Assembly (NCBI GenBank): GCA_012026655.1
Contig: JAAILG010000390.1
Coordinates: forward strand, 1 to 64,000
Direction of reading: 5' to 3'
DNA length: 64,000 nt
Source: Hydrolagus affinis
Taxonomy: Eukaryota
How positions within the stretch are numbered: the stretch's first letter is position 1; the number at the start of each line of letters is the position of its first letter. The notes below the pieces were generated by a model, which was not told where the DNA came from, searched no databases, and worked only from the letters and a program-made list of their open reading frames with translations. The position numbers and the translations under genes were made by a program. This document shows, one piece after another, positions 1-12,079 of the stretch.

Positions 1-135
1 TTATGGCTGTTAATGGGAAACTGCAATGTGCAATTACAGCATTTGTCTACAAATAGTCACTCCATTTCTTGTGAAGCGCTTTGTGATTTCATTCTGACGT
101 GATGAGGTGCTGTACCAAATGCAAGCAATATTTTT
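1..135 (+). mobile_element. DeuSINE-type SINE, 3' part (old, diverged)
   Basis: Degenerate core 'tgtgcaattacagc' followed by the L2-like tail 'gtgaagcgctttgtga...gacgtgatgaggtgctgtaccaaatgcaag'. Confidence 0.6.
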
Positions 136-987
136 ATTCAGCATTATGCATGTTCATATAAAAACATTTGATCTGAAGTAACAGTTCAGAGAAAGTTTGT
201 TTTATTGTTAAAACAGATTATGGGGAAAGGAGGCTGACAAAGGCACACAATGAAGGAGATAAGAAAGGAAATTGGGCAAATCTTCAGACAAAAATAAACA
301 GGATCGAAAACATATGGGGAAAAAAACAGAAGTCAGCAGGAAAAAATATTTATATCCAAAAAATGAAATAGAGCCCGAAGCCTAGAAATTTTTAAAAAAA
401 TTTATGGCAGCCATAAAGTAGCAAACCAAGCATTATTTCATCTTACCATCGCCCATCATTTCTGCATTTTTTTTCCTGCAATGTTCAGCTTTTTTGTGGT
501 TTTACATTATTTGAGTAATTGAGCAGCTTGTAAGAGCTAGACATCTTTGATCACACAAGTTAATTGTGGTGCTGCTGGCTTCACTTTGCCATTGGCATTG
601 CTGTCGCCACTGAGATATACAATAAGCACAGGTGTCTCATATAACCCGACGACTTCAGGTCAGAAACATATGAGTGACAATGCAAAGCATGCACTAGTAT
701 TTTTTGGTCAAAGCCCCACAATTGGGCCTTACAACAGCTGCAACAAAAACAAATTTCATTTATTTAGCGCCTTTCACTTCGGGAGGACATCCACAGGCGC
801 TGGATAAGTCCTTAAGGTTAAGCTACGTGTTTCAGCCTTACAGTCAACAACTAACCTAGAGCTCTCATTATGAATATGTATTCACTGAAGATTTGAAACA
901 TTTAAAAAAAAGCTATGAGTTTCACTATTTCTAGCAGGATGCTGTTCGAACAAAAACATGAGAAAATGTGAGCTGTGCTGCAGGTTT

Positions 988-1303
988 ATAATAATAATAA
1001 TCCTTGCATTTTGATATAGCGCTTTTCACATCTTATCGACATCTCAAAGCGCTTCACAGAACATACTGTAAAGTGAATTGACTATATATTTGTGGGCGAA
1101 ACGCGGCAGCCAATTGCACACAGCAGTGTCCCACAAACAGTCGTGGATTGAAATGACCAACTTTTATTATTGTGCGGGGTTTTTTTTTGGAGCGATTATT
1201 ATTAGGCATGTGTATGGAGTAAGGAAACTTGCCTAGGGGTTCGCACTGACCTGCCTGGATTCGAACACAGGTCTCACGCTTCTAAGGCGAGTGGTCTAAC
1301 CAC
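988..1303 (-). mobile_element. tRNA-derived SINE (Deu-like core, L2-type tail), near full length
   Basis: Reverse complement has A box remnant 'gtggttaga', B box 'gttcgaatcc', core 'tgtgggacactgctgtgtgcaattggctgccgcgtttcg', tail 'aaagcgctatatcaaaatgcaagg(att)n'; matches many other copies in the window. Confidence 0.9.
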
Positions 1304-1334
1304 ACATTTACTTAATCACTGGTCACCTAATCCA

Positions 1335-1410
1335 TGACTCAGTGGAAATCAAACCTGGGTCTTCTTGTTGGTGAGCCAAGCATGCTAACCAGTATGTTAC
1401 AAGACTCCAC
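1335..1410 (-). mobile_element. Isolated tRNA-like SINE head
   Basis: Reverse complement 'gtggagtcttgtaacatactggttagcatgcttggctcacc...gacccaggtttgatttcc' aligns by eye to the SINE head. Confidence 0.6.
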
Positions 1411-1647
1411 AACAATATGCTACAATTATTGAGGCCTACAATGGTTTCGAGGGGCTACAAAATCCAGAGGTTTTTACATACAATAAGATTTCCATTTCAT
1501 ATTGTACCATTCGTGCCAGGAGGAAGTCTCTAAATAGCCCGAAATTCAGAATAACATATATGAAAGAAGACAGTTGTATTCAAATGCTCTAGCTTCAATG
1601 GTGCAAAGGTAAGTCAAGTCAAAAGGTAGTTCATGGCTTATAAACTA

Positions 1648-1722
1648 TGTGGAGGCCTGTAGCTAATTTGGTTAGAGCACTGGCTTCACAAGTAAGAGGA
1701 CCCAGGATCGATATGGCCAGAA
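1648..1722 (+). mobile_element. Isolated tRNA-like SINE head
   Basis: 'gtggaggcctgtagctaatttggttagagcactggcttcacaag...acccaggatcgat' (A box and degenerate B box). Confidence 0.65.
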
Positions 1723-1759
1723 AAACCATGAGAAACACCAATCCTTTTGAACAGTTTCA

Positions 1760-2118
1760 ACAACAATAATCCTTGCATTTGATACAGTGCCTCATCACAT
1801 TTACAAGATGTATCAAAGCTCTTCACAGGATGTAAAATGAAGTAAATTGGCAGTCTATTTGGGGGCAAACTACGGCAGCCAGTTTAACACACAAAAATAA
1901 GAGAGAATAATTTTACGGGATCTTTAAGGTCCAACTAGAAACATGTTGAAACAACCTTGGTTCAACGTTTCATCCAAAGAAATAACACCTTCAACAAGTT
2001 GCAGCACTCATTCAGTAATACACTGGAGGGTCAACCTAGACTGTGAGCATCTGGCACGTGACTTAAACTCACAATCCCTATCTCAGATGAGAGAATGGAA
2101 CAAATTGAGCCAAGCTAC
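1760..2118 (-). mobile_element. Older DeuSINE family copy (SacSINE1/AmnSINE1-like)
   Basis: Tail (aac/aat)n-'ccttgcatttgatacagtgcc', middle 'ttggttcaacgtttcatccaaaga', head (reverse complement) 'tagcttggctcaatttg...ctctcatctgagatagg'. Confidence 0.7.
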
Positions 2119-2868
2119 AAAGAGGAGCTTGGAAAAAAAACATCTGTGCTGCTGTACAGACTGTTCAGTACGTAGTGCGAAACCACAAATTCCCTCCGGG
2201 ATACATTAGATTTGTACTTTTTCAACCAGCCAGCATTGCGCTGAGAAGATGATACCGCAGAATCTTATGCAAATGCCTGTTTGGCTCATGTCTCAGAATT
2301 TTTTAATGCTTGGTGGATTAATTGATGTGGGTTGAAAGTTGGAATTCTTTGAGTTTCAATCCTCCAGGACTAATTACTGACCCAATTGCAAAGCACCCTG
2401 AATCCAAAACCTGGGTCCCGATAACAAATTGAAGCGATATATCCTCGTAGCAGACTAATGATGCACTCCTTTCAAATTATTCTGTGCTGTGCTGTCACGA
2501 ACACGTTGTAACAACCAAAATTGCTATGTTTTCATTTCGCAAAATTACAATTAATTTATCCAGACAATAAACTTGTTATAATTATATTGATTAAAGATTG
2601 CTGGGGTTCCCATACACTGCAATTGATCAAACAAGTAAATTGTACCAACTCAGTGTCTCTTGACAATATATTAATAATAATTACATTTAATATAGCACCT
2701 TCTTATACAGTCAAATGTCTCAAAGTGCTTCACAGATTTACTGTTATGCCTAGGACCCACAAATAGCCGTTAAGTGACTGATCAGTTTTATCTGGATGAT
2801 TGGTGCACTGGTCACTGGGAGAAAGTGTATTCTCTTTTCAAATAGTGCAATGGAATCTTTAGTGTCCA

Positions 2869-3375
2869 TCTGCTCCAGGCTTCGCGACCACATCACTCCC
2901 ACCCTCGCCCGTCTCCACTGGCTTCCTGTCACCCAGAAGATCGAATTTAAGATCCTTGTCCTCACTTTCAAGGCCATTGATGGCCTTGCCCCCACCTATC
3001 TCTCTGACCCACTGTCCCCCTATCAGCCTGCCCGCACCCTCCGTTCAGCAGACTCAGGCCTGCTCCACGTCCACCGTCTTAACTGCTCAACCATCGGCGG
3101 CCAGGCTTTCAGCCTCTCTGCTCCCACACTGTGGAACTCCATCCCACAGCCCGTCTGCCTTGCTTCCTCCCTTTCCTCCTTCAAGGCCGGGCTCAAGACC
3201 TTCCTCTTCGACCGCACCTTCGGCTGCCCCACTAACTCTTCCCTCTCTCCCACTCTCCTTCCCCTTCCCCCTATCCCGACCCTCCCCACCCCGCTCAGGT
3301 CCCGACCTGACTGTTCAGTGCTTTGGGATGTCCTCCCGACGTGAAAGGCGCTATACAAGTGCAGTGTTGTTGTTG
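2869..3375 (+). mobile_element. L2 LINE, 5'-truncated 3' end (family A), ORF2 C-terminus in frame
   Basis: ORF 2796-3344 contains DHITPTLARLHWLPV..IEFKIL..TFKA..GLAPTYLS..RTLRS..AFS..APTLWNSIP..SFKAGLKTFLF, typical of the L2 ORF2 C-terminus; ends 'gtgaaaggcgctatacaagtgcag(tgt)n'. Confidence 0.92.
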
Positions 3376-3457
3376 AACGGGCAGATGGGACTTTGGTTTA
3401 ATGTCTTTGGAAAATCAGTATATTCATCCTCCTAAACCTGTACCAACCTGTTTTTTC

Positions 3458-3780
3458 ACTGTGCTCAGCGGGCTCCGGACTGCTCCATGTCTGCCGACCC
3501 ACCTCCCCCACCATCAGCAACCAAGCATTTAGCCTTTCTGCCCTCAACCTTTGGTATTCCATCCCACAATCCCTTCACCTCACACCCAAACTAGCCTCCT
3601 TCAAGTCCCACCTCAAGACCCTCTGCTTTGACCGTGCCATTTGTGAACCTCCTTTTACCCCCTTCTCTCCACCCTCTTGAATCGGAACCCAGTTCGGATC
3701 TGAAATACTGACTGTCCAGTTCCTTGGGACATCCTCCTGATGTGAAAGTTGCTACCAAAATGTAATTTTGTTGTTGTTGT
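3458..3780 (+). mobile_element. L2 LINE 3' fragment (family A-like)
   Basis: 'gcatttagcctttctgccc...ttcaagtcccacctcaagacc' and tail 'ttgggacatcctcctgatgtgaaagttgcta...(ttg)n'. Confidence 0.85.
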
Positions 3781-3894
3781 TTACACACCTGTAATCAAAC
3801 TGTAATTAAGCACAGAATGATAGAATTATTTTCTAGCAATGGCTGACTGCATAGATCTTTAGCAAAGTGTTTAATATGCAGTAATATCTAAGGG

Positions 3895-4154
3895 AGGGCT
3901 TTCAACCTCTCTGCCCCCACACTCTGAAACTCCATCCCACAGTCCCTTTGTCTCGCTTCCTCCCTTGCCTCTTTCAAGGCCGGTCTCAAGACCCTCCTCT
4001 TTAATCATGCCTTCTGCCGCCCTCCCAACTCTCTCCCTCCCCTCCCCCCTACCCTGCCCTTCCCCTTGCTCCGGCCCTGATTTGACAGTTCAACGCCTTG
4101 GGACGTCCTTCTGACATGAAAATCGCTCTATAAATGTAATTTTGTTGTTGTTGT
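3895..4154 (+). mobile_element. L2 LINE 3' fragment (family A)
   Basis: Clear similarity to 3103-3375 ('cccacactctgaaactccatcccacagtcc...ttcaaggccggtctcaagacc'); (ttg)n tail. Confidence 0.88.
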
Positions 4155-4218
4155 TAAAATGTGTATATACACCTCATAACAGAAGGAGTTCCCAGTCCAA
4201 TTCCCTATTATGGAATAT

Positions 4219-4329
4219 AACAACAACAACAACTTCGATCTATACAGCGCCCTCCATGCCGGACGGCGTCTCAGAGCGCTTTACAATAGCGGATCCCGGG
4301 ACCGAGCCAGGTGCAGGGGCAGAAAGGTG
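4219..4329 (-). mobile_element. L2 LINE extreme 3' end (family B)
   Basis: (aac)n-'ttcgatctatacagcgccctccatgccggacggcgtctcagagcgctttacaatagcggatcccgggaccgagccagg' is the reverse complement of the ends at 19250-19358 and 61490-61597. Confidence 0.9.
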
Positions 4330-4884
4330 ATATAATATAATTAGCATTTGTTACATAAATATTAGGTCCATTGGAGATTCATATTAATTTTTCTTAAGTT
4401 TTACACTGCCTGGAATGCATTAATGTTTCTGAGTATGAATGGATTTGTTGGCTTTATCCTTTCCATATGGCTGGGTTCATAATGCAGATGTCTGAGTCAA
4501 TGCCAACATGCAAATATTCTCCCATTTGAAGATGGGAGAATAGGATAGGACTGAACAGCTTTTAATACAGAGTTCTGATTTATTCTTGTGCAGGAGCAAT
4601 TGACTCATTAGTTATTTCTTCAAAGCAGACAATAATCATTTTATTTCACTGTTTCAGTGCGATCCACGTTAGCTTGCAAACAGCCAATAGAAATTTGGTC
4701 ATTTCCCTTGAGAGTTAACGACAGCTTGCATTGAATTTCCAATTCAAGAGATGACATGTTCAGGATAAATATATTTGAATGGGTGTGTTTATGAACAGAA
4801 ATGTTTGCAAGTGGCATCTGTACAGCAGTGTATTGCATCAATTTGAGAGCTCAGAAAATCCCAAACCAGAAATAATTTCTGAGG

Positions 4885-5085
4885 CAACGTGCCTTGCGAT
4901 ATCCTCCAGATGTGAAAGCCATGGTATAAATGCAATTTGTTGTTGTTGTAAAATAAAAACATGTCAATCCCAAGCAATTTATTGCTGTGCACAATTATCT
5001 GCCACGTTTCACCCACTGCACATTACTGTATATTCTGTTAAGACACAATAAGGTGGTGTATTAAATGCAAGGATCAATATTAATT
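4885..5085 (+). mobile_element. L2 tail remnant followed by SINE 3' fragment
   Basis: 'gatgtgaaagccatggtataaatgcaatt(tgt)n' then 'tgctgtgcacaattatctgccacgtttcaccc...aaatgcaagg'. Confidence 0.6.
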
Positions 5086-5691
5086 GTTATTAATTAGCAT
5101 GAACCAGAGACAGGCTATTTAATGTATTTTTCCTTCAACTTTCCGTTCTCTGTACATCCAAATAACTCCAGCTCAATTTACTCAAATGTGGGTGGTGTGG
5201 GCTCTTTCAATACTACCTGAACTAAACTAATGCTTTTCACTTTGACACCCTTATTCACCTGGTTAAGAATTGATGGCATTCATTGTAATTGTATTGTAAA
5301 ATTCAAAGGGAAATGAACTCTTTTCCTTTGGGTTATGAATGACTAATCCTACATCTCAGTTCATGGACGTATGATTTAAATATACTGTATTAAAATGATA
5401 TTATCTAAATATATATGCTGTTGGAGATGCCTTAGCCTTGGAATTTTTGATACAATATATTGTTTTGATTTAGTATTTTATCTGTTGGATTCGCATCACC
5501 ACAAAATTGAAAAAAACATATATTAAGCCTTGCAGTGCATATGTCTTCTGAATCTTATCATGAACATATATGGTGTATATTTCATCCTTATTTTTCTTCT
5601 TTCTGATTTTCTTGGGTTTTGAAAGATTTGGTGACATCAATCGGTACAGGAGGTCTATAAACCTCATTGATGCAACTCAATTATGAAATAT

Positions 5692-5960
5692 TGTGGAGTC
5701 CTGTAGCTCAGTGGTTAGAGCACTTGCCTCACGAGAGGGAGACCTAGATTTGATTCCCGGCAGGGTGAAACTTGGGCAAGTTTCCTTACCCCACACACAA
5801 TAATCACTCAAAATTTGATATAGCGCTTTTCACATGTTCTAGATGTCTCAAAGTGCTTTACAGAATATACTGTAAAGTGAATTGACTGCATATCTGCAGG
5901 CGAAATGCAGCAACTAATTGCGCACAGCAGTGTCCCAACAACAGTCGTGCATTGAAATAA
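5692..5960. mobile_element. tRNA SINE with 5' half on + (5692-5811) and 3' half on - (5812-5960)
   Basis: Head 'gtggagtcctgtagctcagtggttagagca...cttgggcaagtttccttac' runs directly into the reverse-complemented tail and core 'tttgatatagcgcttttcac...cagtcgtgcattgaaat'. Confidence 0.85.
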
Positions 5961-6704
5961 CACTCAAACTAAGTCTCCACCCACTCCTGACACCCTATCA
6001 TATCCTTCTATTCTCTTCTCCCATTTGCAGGATGATGATGGGATAATAAAATGTCATATTCAACAGCATTATAAGTTAACTTGGGTTACAGGAAGTCAAA
6101 TAACAACAGGTTGTCCTGCATATTTATTCAATCTAGTGCTCAGACAGTCCACAATAAATTTATGTGTTGTCATCTCAGAAAATCCTGAGTGTTAACAGTT
6201 TCCAATGCTCCATGACAAGGGGTTCCCATTGAAAAAAGGAGTTCAGTGACATCCATTGACATGTGACACTACTTTGGTTATCAAACATATTAATATCAGA
6301 TAATTTTAGTGTTGCTTTTTTAAGTATAATAGGACAAAGTATCACACCCACAGCAAATAAAGTGTGCTTGTTATTCTGGATGACTGAAGAAGTGGAATAA
6401 GATGCAATTATGCATGCTTGGTCAGAAAATCCATATTGAAAAATAATGACTGAGCAGCCCACTCAACCTTTCATTGACTTCAGTGGTAAAAGTCAATTGG
6501 GTGAACAATGATAAGTAAAATTGGTTGCTATTCGACTTGCAGTTCAATCCTTTCATTTTGAAGTAAGATTTTCATCTGTGTAGAAAGGACACTAAAATTA
6601 ACTTGCAATCATTTGACCTTCTTAAACTATTGATGCAAACTTTTTTTAAAAACTGCAAAAATAGTTGGGCTGTGCTGTTTGATGGATTGCATCTTTAAGG
6701 CAAA

Positions 6705-6960
6705 AACTGCTTGGGTGCTCAATTAGTATTGCACTCGTCAGAAAATTGTGGGCTCAAGTCCTGCTTTGAGAACTTTTAACTCATTGTTCAAACTGTGGAT
6801 GCACGGCAATGCATATCCTTCAGACGAGGTGTTAAACCAAAGTCTTATCTGGCTGCTCAAGTGGCCATTAAAAACTGTTCGAAGAGAGCTGTAGGTTTGG
6901 TCCAGTGTGCTGGCCAATAATTGTCCTGGTTATGTTGTTCATTCACCTCCTGGCTGTTTA
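6705..6960 (+). mobile_element. Older DeuSINE copy, diverged
   Basis: 'gctcaattagtattgcactc..gtcagaaaattgtgggctcaagtcc', 'ccttcagacgaggtgttaaaccaaag', 'gtgctggccaataatt'. Confidence 0.6.
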
Positions 6961-7049
6961 TCGGCGGGCGAGCCTTCAACCACTCTACCCCCAACCTCCG
7001 CAATCCCTCCACCTCGCCCCCATTCAACTGACATTCAAATGTAGAAAGT

Positions 7050-7705
7050 TAGCTCTAATCCAGGTCTTGATGTCCGCGGAGTAGGCAGTCTATCAGCACA
7101 GTTTTGTCCTGGAGTCGAGGGTGGAGGCAAAAAGATGGAGTTGGGTGTCACCCGCATACATAAGGAACTTGGATCCATGTCTGCGGATTATGTCACCAAG
7201 GGGGAGCAACTAGAGGTTAATAAGGAGAGGGCCAATGACAGAGCACATGTGATGGTGTGAGGGCTGGAGGAGAAGCCGTTAGCATTGACAAAGTGAAGAT
7301 GGTGGAAGGGATAAGATTCGAACCAGGCAATGTCAGGTCTGCAAAGATTGAGCTGAGAGGAGAGGCGGTGTAGAAGGATGGAGTGGTCGACAGTTTTGAA
7401 GGCAGCAGAGAGGTGGAGGAGGACGAGGAGACAAGATGGTCATAGATGTCTAGAATGTCATCAGAGGCTTTGAACAGAACTGTTTCCGTACTGCCCACAG
7501 CAAAGAAGCTGGATTGGAGAGGTTCAAAGAAGGAATGGCGGGAAAGAAAAGTGCCAAGCTGGGATGTGAAGTATCGCTCCAGGGCCTTGGATAGGAATGG
7601 GAGAAAGAGAAAGCATTTTTTTCATGATGAGGGTGATGACAGCTGTTTTTAGGGGGGGGTGAGCACAGTGCCAGTGGATAAGGAGAGGTTGGTGGTGTCA
7701 GTTAG
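7050..7705 (-). mobile_element. L2 LINE internal fragment, reverse transcriptase domain (decayed)
   Basis: Minus-strand translation gives STETVLFKASDDI, LVLLHLSAAFKTVDHS (cf. LLDLSAAFDTVDH) and YAGDTQL (cf. YADDTQL) across frameshifts. Confidence 0.88.
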
Positions 7706-9040
7706 GATGACTGACATCGTCAACCGTTAGGAATGATGTTGGTTAATTGTGCTAAGCTCATTAGTAGCAGAGAATATTGTATGTAATTGGGTTACATTCA
7801 CACAATAATAGTGAATGAAAATCACTTTAATAGTACAGAAATGCAGAGTGAAAACCTCATGATGCCTTGTGATCCAAATCACATCATGGGTATTCTAGAA
7901 CCAACTATAGAATTGTGCTTCATACATCTTGCATTCAAGTGCATTGAAGAACTCTATCTCACACAACAAATTGTTGTGTCTTTTCTCAAGCAGTATATAT
8001 TGAATCACTCATTTGCTATTTAATTGATTTCCTTTCAATATATGGAATCATATCAAATTGCAGGTACATTTCATGTTTCAAATTTCACAGGGAATCTTAG
8101 CGATTACTTAGAGTCTACCAGAATGCATAAAACAATCTAAACTAAACGATCCTGGAATTAACAATACTTTTCTGTTTTCAGGATGTAACAGTCCTTACAT
8201 GACTTTAAGGAAGAAAAGTGGGAAAATACAGATTTAGAGATGGACAAAAGCTAAGTCTCTGAAGGTCGAGATGAACAGCAAAAGGGAACAAATGTGTTCA
8301 TAAAATGAGAAGGTTATATGTAATGCACAGGCATGCATGTACAAAGAAATAAATTCTGAATCATTCTGAGCACAGTGGCATTGTGCTTTCAAAGGCCATT
8401 GTGAAACAGACTCTTTCCATCTCTGGAGCCTTTACCTGTAGCCAACCACAAAGATAAAAAGATACTTGTCCTTCTATGATACTTGAAGGTTGCAAATAAA
8501 AACTCTGTAAAGCCCAGCAATGAAAACTGCACTCTTATTACTTGTCATTGTTGTTTTCATATTGGTTCATAGGCTCCACAATATTGAATCTTGCTTTTCA
8601 CTTAATGTTTAATCATATTTTTCCCGCATGTTGTCAGTGTTGTTTGACTCAGTCAATTTGTTTAGCATACATTTCTGATCAGTACACTGATATCTTCTTT
8701 GATAGCATCTGCTTGACATGATCACAGTTTACATACACTATTCTAAAGAGGGTTTAAACCTCTCTTCGTTTACGTAACTGAGTTTCATATTTCTCCACAC
8801 CCTCGTAAACTTTGGACACAACAAAAACAATCTGCATTTATATGGTGCCCTTCACTTTGGCATATTGATTCAGTGTGCTGTGATGACTCAGTGGTGGATT
8901 GGATGCTGAGCACATTTTCAAGGTGGGACATCAAAATAGAAAAGGGGGTGTTAGTGACACATTTATGTATTATATACAAATTTGTGCACCTTTCCAATGT
9001 AAATTTACATTGTATTTAATGCATACGTGATTTCAAAATA

Positions 9041-9686
9041 CAGTAAAAAGCCTATTTATCCAGTACCCTCGAAACCTGGCCAATGCCGGTTAAAGCCCGT
9101 GCTGGATATTCGGCCGAAATCCCCCCTAAAAATTTTTAAACATTTAAATACATGCTTTTTTAAAAAATAATTTTTAACAAAAACATACCATATTAATAAT
9201 AGACTAAATAATAACAGAATATTATATGGATACTTACCAATAAAGCAATAAATATCAATTACAGTCTATAAACACAGCACACAATCAAAGGTTTTTTTTC
9301 TTTCTCTCCCTCCTTCCCTCTCTCTCTTTCACACACACACAGTCAATGGCTCCAAAACCAACCCTCCTCCACTTCTCTCATTTTCCGTCTAAATTAATCA
9401 ACTCCCCCACCCTCTCTCTCTCCCACCTCTCTCTCCTGTCCACTCTTTCCTCTCTTTCTTCCACCCTACCGAGGATTCAAAAGTAATCGTCCTGTACTCG
9501 TTGTGAGGGAAAAAATGGAAAGCGCCACCTTCAGGCACTAGTAGCAGCATACCGAAATACTGACAAAGAGAAAAAAATGCGACTGTGCCAGACAAGACCC
9601 GATTAATCGAATGGGGACCTATTTTTGGGGTGCTGGTTATATGGAAGTTACAGTTGATCAGGTCACGGATAAACAGGCTTTTACTG
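9041..9686. mobile_element. Tc1/mariner-superfamily (Tigger/pogo-like) non-autonomous MITE
   Basis: Left end CAGTAAAAAGCCTATTTATCC; right end (reverse complement) CAGTAAAAGCCTGTTTATCC; flanked by TA at 9039-9040 and 9687-9688; no transposase ORF; internal (CT)n(CA)n. Confidence 0.85.
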
Positions 9687-10454
9687 TACTTGGAGACAAA
9701 AGATGTAGCTTTAGCCATTGCCACAAGCCTATCCCAACTTTCCCATTGTAGCTGATGCTTCCAAAAGGATGTAGTTAATACATTCAAAACCAACAAAAAA
9801 AATTCAATTTAGGGAGGTTGAGTCATACCAAGACACTAAAACATGTTTTAGAGTCCAATTCTCCCAAACACACCAATAAGATTTACATGGGGTGTATCAT
9901 TCACAATGTATCACTTTGCAGCCATTCGTCTGTTTTAGCTAAAATTATTTCACCGAGATCCCAGAAGTTCAGAAGCTGATAAGCTTTATTTACCATCACG
10001 ATCAACAAAACACAGCAATAAAGAACATTGCGTTAACTAACCTCTCTAATCACATCTCCTTGAAATCCAGCTGAATTCTCTGGAGATTTGAGATGTGTTT
10101 AACATCCTTGTCTGGAGAATGTTCTCTTAGTTTTTATATGCTAACTTCATCTGCCTTTCACTTAACCTCGCCAACTAGCCAATCAATACAGTACTTGCTA
10201 TTTCTTTGTCTCTGTAGCCTTCTAGGCTTTTACCATTTTTTTGTAAAGTAAAACTGGTGGGTTGCACATGTATTGTATTTGCAAGAATGAATTGGAAATA
10301 ATTGTAACCCAGGTCTCTGTTTTCTTTCAGAGGTCCAAATCCATTTTATATTTATATATTGTATAATTTGTATAGAAATCATAAAACCATTTCATTTTTT
10401 TCAAAAGAAACATTGGAAATAAACTATAGGTTTCAGAATATGTCACCATATGTA

Positions 10455-10680
10455 TAATCTGGCTCATCTTTCTACATTCACCTTAGAGCCATACGATCGT
10501 GGATTTAAACCCCACAACAAACATTCAACTCATGCAATCTAGGCTGACCCTACAGTGTGGTCCTGTTTTGCGTTACTGGAGGTACCATCCTTCAGGTAAA
10601 ATGCTAAATGAAGGTCTCACCTGCTTGTCCTGTCATTTGGCACTTTTCAAAATGAGTAGGAAGTCCTCATCAAATTTCAC
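10455..10680 (+). mobile_element. Old DeuSINE 5'/middle fragment
   Basis: 'gtggatttaaaccccac', 'ggaggtaccatccttcaggtaaaatgctaaatgaagg', 'tggcacttttcaaaa'. Confidence 0.5.
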
Positions 10681-11707
10681 CATACACATACAAACACATG
10701 TTTTATTCTTTAATCTGGCTTCTGAATATCTTACAAATAGAATGAATTAATAGAATGAATGTAGTTGCTGCCAGAGAAGCTAATACTGTACATAATTTGA
10801 AACCAACATTATTCAATAATATTTTCTAACTGCATCCATACCTATGCCATGTAATGTATAGTATTGTGTGAATTTTCAAACTATTCTTTTATGTATGGAA
10901 AATGTTCTTTAAAACAATACTTTCTCCACCAAGCATCAGATAAAGGTTACATCACCAAATCAAAATGTTGCCCATTTTTCTGATTGTCTTTCCCCCATAC
11001 TCTGTTACATTCAATTGTTGTTCTCATAACAAGTCTATCCCTCATATAAGTTCCCCAAACGTATATCCTTAACACCAATGATAACTTCAACCAGTAAACT
11101 CAATTCATAAAAAGCTGCCCAGCAGGAGAGTCCCATCAAATTGATTTCCGTTTCATATAATTTTAGATTTGTTCATCATCTTTTTGACACAAATTTGAGT
11201 CTCATTGCTTTTGGAAAATTAGGGATAAATCAGCATGTCATTATATTTACTGGTGATATCTTTTACTGTATGTGCATTTCTGATTGCTAAATTTGGAAGA
11301 TAGCTATAGGAAGCGTGTTGAAATTACAAGGCTAATTTCTTCAACTGCTTAGGGTAAACTTCAGAATTATGTCTTGTGATGCATTACTTCATTCCAACAA
11401 AATTAAAGTGTAAAGAGGGAATGCTAATTAAGTCATATCCATTTGCACACTGCAGGAATCAGTCAGAATCTGCCCAGCAGATTTCATCTAATTTAGTAAC
11501 TGATAGAATGGGAGCTTTCTTCCTTCCTCCCATGATCATGTAGTAATTGTGTAAAAATAAATCCCAATGCTAAAAATGTGGTACTGTAATCATCAGTTTC
11601 CTAATTATACTATTGAAGATGGGATTATCTTGAGATCCGCTGCTTGATGCACTGTAGCATATTGCATGCTGGCTTCAATTCAATCTTGCTAGAAATATGC
11701 ACGTAAG

Positions 11708-11850
11708 TAACAATCCTTGCATCTGCTGCAGTGCAATTTACATGGAGAGGATGTCTGAAAGGCTTCACATGATTCACTGTAAAGTATATGACTGTGTATT
11801 TTGTAGGCAAACAAGACAGCCAATTTACGCACAGAAATGTCTTGCAAACA
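11708..11850 (-). mobile_element. SINE 3' fragment
   Basis: 'aatccttgcat...actgtaaagt..tgactgtgtattttgtaggcaaac..cagccaatttacgcacag'. Confidence 0.65.
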
Positions 11851-12079
11851 AGAAGTGAAAGGTAGAGACAAAGCTTCTCAGCTAAGAGATGAGACAGGTG
11901 GAAATAAGATGCCTTTCCACATTTAGATAAGGAAAATTGGAGCGGACATCAATCTACACACATCTTCCACTTGGAAGCTAGGGATTGGAATTGCTTGTCG
12001 GGAAATGGCGGAGGAAAGTGATCGAAAATAATGAGGGGGAAATAGCGTAGGGATGAATGGCACTGGAGAATCGTCCCAG

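Noticed and set aside
2796-3435. Longest ORFs in the window (182, 159 and 111 aa) as host genes
   Set aside because: They are L2 ORF2 C-terminus and its alternative or antisense frames; the same applies at 18651-19223 and 61028-61578.
8170-8260. Acceptor-like 'ttttctgttttcag' with a short downstream frame
   Set aside because: All frames stop quickly, there is no convincing donor, and the peptide is unrecognisable.
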